Below are positions 38,252-38,505 of a DNA stretch of 38,505 nt, one piece after another. Source of the stretch: a phage; sequence record PX418924.1. One strand, written 5' to 3'. Each line of letters opens with the position of its first letter. The stretch's first letter is position 1. The position numbers and the translations under genes were made by a program. The notes under the pieces were generated by a model. That model made no database searches. It was not told where the DNA came from and saw nothing but the letters and a program-made list of their open reading frames with translations.

Positions 38252-38505
38252 TAGAAGTCCTCGTCGTCATCCGGGGTTTCTTCGTGCTCGTCTTCCTGCC
38301 ACTCCTGCTCATCGCGGGACTGACGGGATTCACTCGCAGTGTAACCTCCATCTTCGACTTCATCGGCCCACTCATCTTCACTGCCACCACCGAAGGTAGC
38401 CAGTTCTACCAGCATCACGGATTCCAGTTGCAGCTTGACGCTTGCGCCCACAGCGGTGTTCCACTTGTAAGGCACCAGAGAGTATTTCACTTTCAGCTTA
38501 GAGCC
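38251..38505 (-). CDS. 2.5: ssDNA-binding protein gp2.5, C-terminal part (upstream portion lies at the window start; 38379-38505 duplicates 1-127)
   Basis: ...KYSLVPYKWNTAVGASVKLQLESVMLVELATFGGG plus acidic tail ending DDDEDF, as in T7 gp2.5. Confidence 0.9.
   Translation of the reverse strand, partial: GSKLKVKYSLVPYKWNTAVGASVKLQLESVMLVELATFGGGSEDEWADEVEDGGYTASESRQSRDEQEWQEDEHEETPDDDEDF

Overview
The window is an essentially complete genome of a T3-like member of the T7 group of podophages, given in reverse-complement orientation so that every credible gene is on the minus strand. It is circularly permuted: the window opens and closes inside gene 2.5, and its last 127 bp (38379-38505) repeat its first 127 bp, giving a unit of about 38.38 kb. 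Gene order read from high to low coordinate is the canonical T7-group map: 2.5, 3, 3.5, 3.7, 4A/4B (with nested 4.2), 4.3, 4.5, 5, 5.5, 5.7, 5.9, 6, 6.3, 6.5, 6.7, 7.3, 8, 9, 10A/10B, 11, 12, 13, 14, 15, 16, 17, 17.5, 18, 18.5/18.7, 19, 19.5, then the right end, one terminal-repeat copy and the left end, then host promoters A1-A3, 0.3, small early ORFs, 0.7, 1, 1.05, 1.1, 1.2, 1.3, an HNH endonuclease, 1.5, 1.6, 1.7, 1.8, 2. The T3 assignment rests on an 884-aa single-subunit RNA polymerase, a 152-aa gene 0.3 product matching the T3 SAM-cleaving anti-restriction enzyme rather than T7 Ocr, and 15 copies of the T3-type promoter core (minus-strand AATTAACCCTCACTAAAGGG, seen here as ccctttagtgagggttaat). 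Also present are a family of conserved RNase III-type processing hairpins, a T-phi-like terminator after gene 10, and CCTAAAG heptamer arrays around the terminal repeat. No tRNA, rRNA, CRISPR array or integrase was seen. The most notable non-canonical element is an HNH-AP2 homing-endonuclease-like gene between the ligase gene and promoter phi1.5, overlapping the ligase 3' end; I did not find a clearly novel multi-gene system. All protein comparisons are from reading the translations and from memory of T7/T3 sequences; no database search was run.
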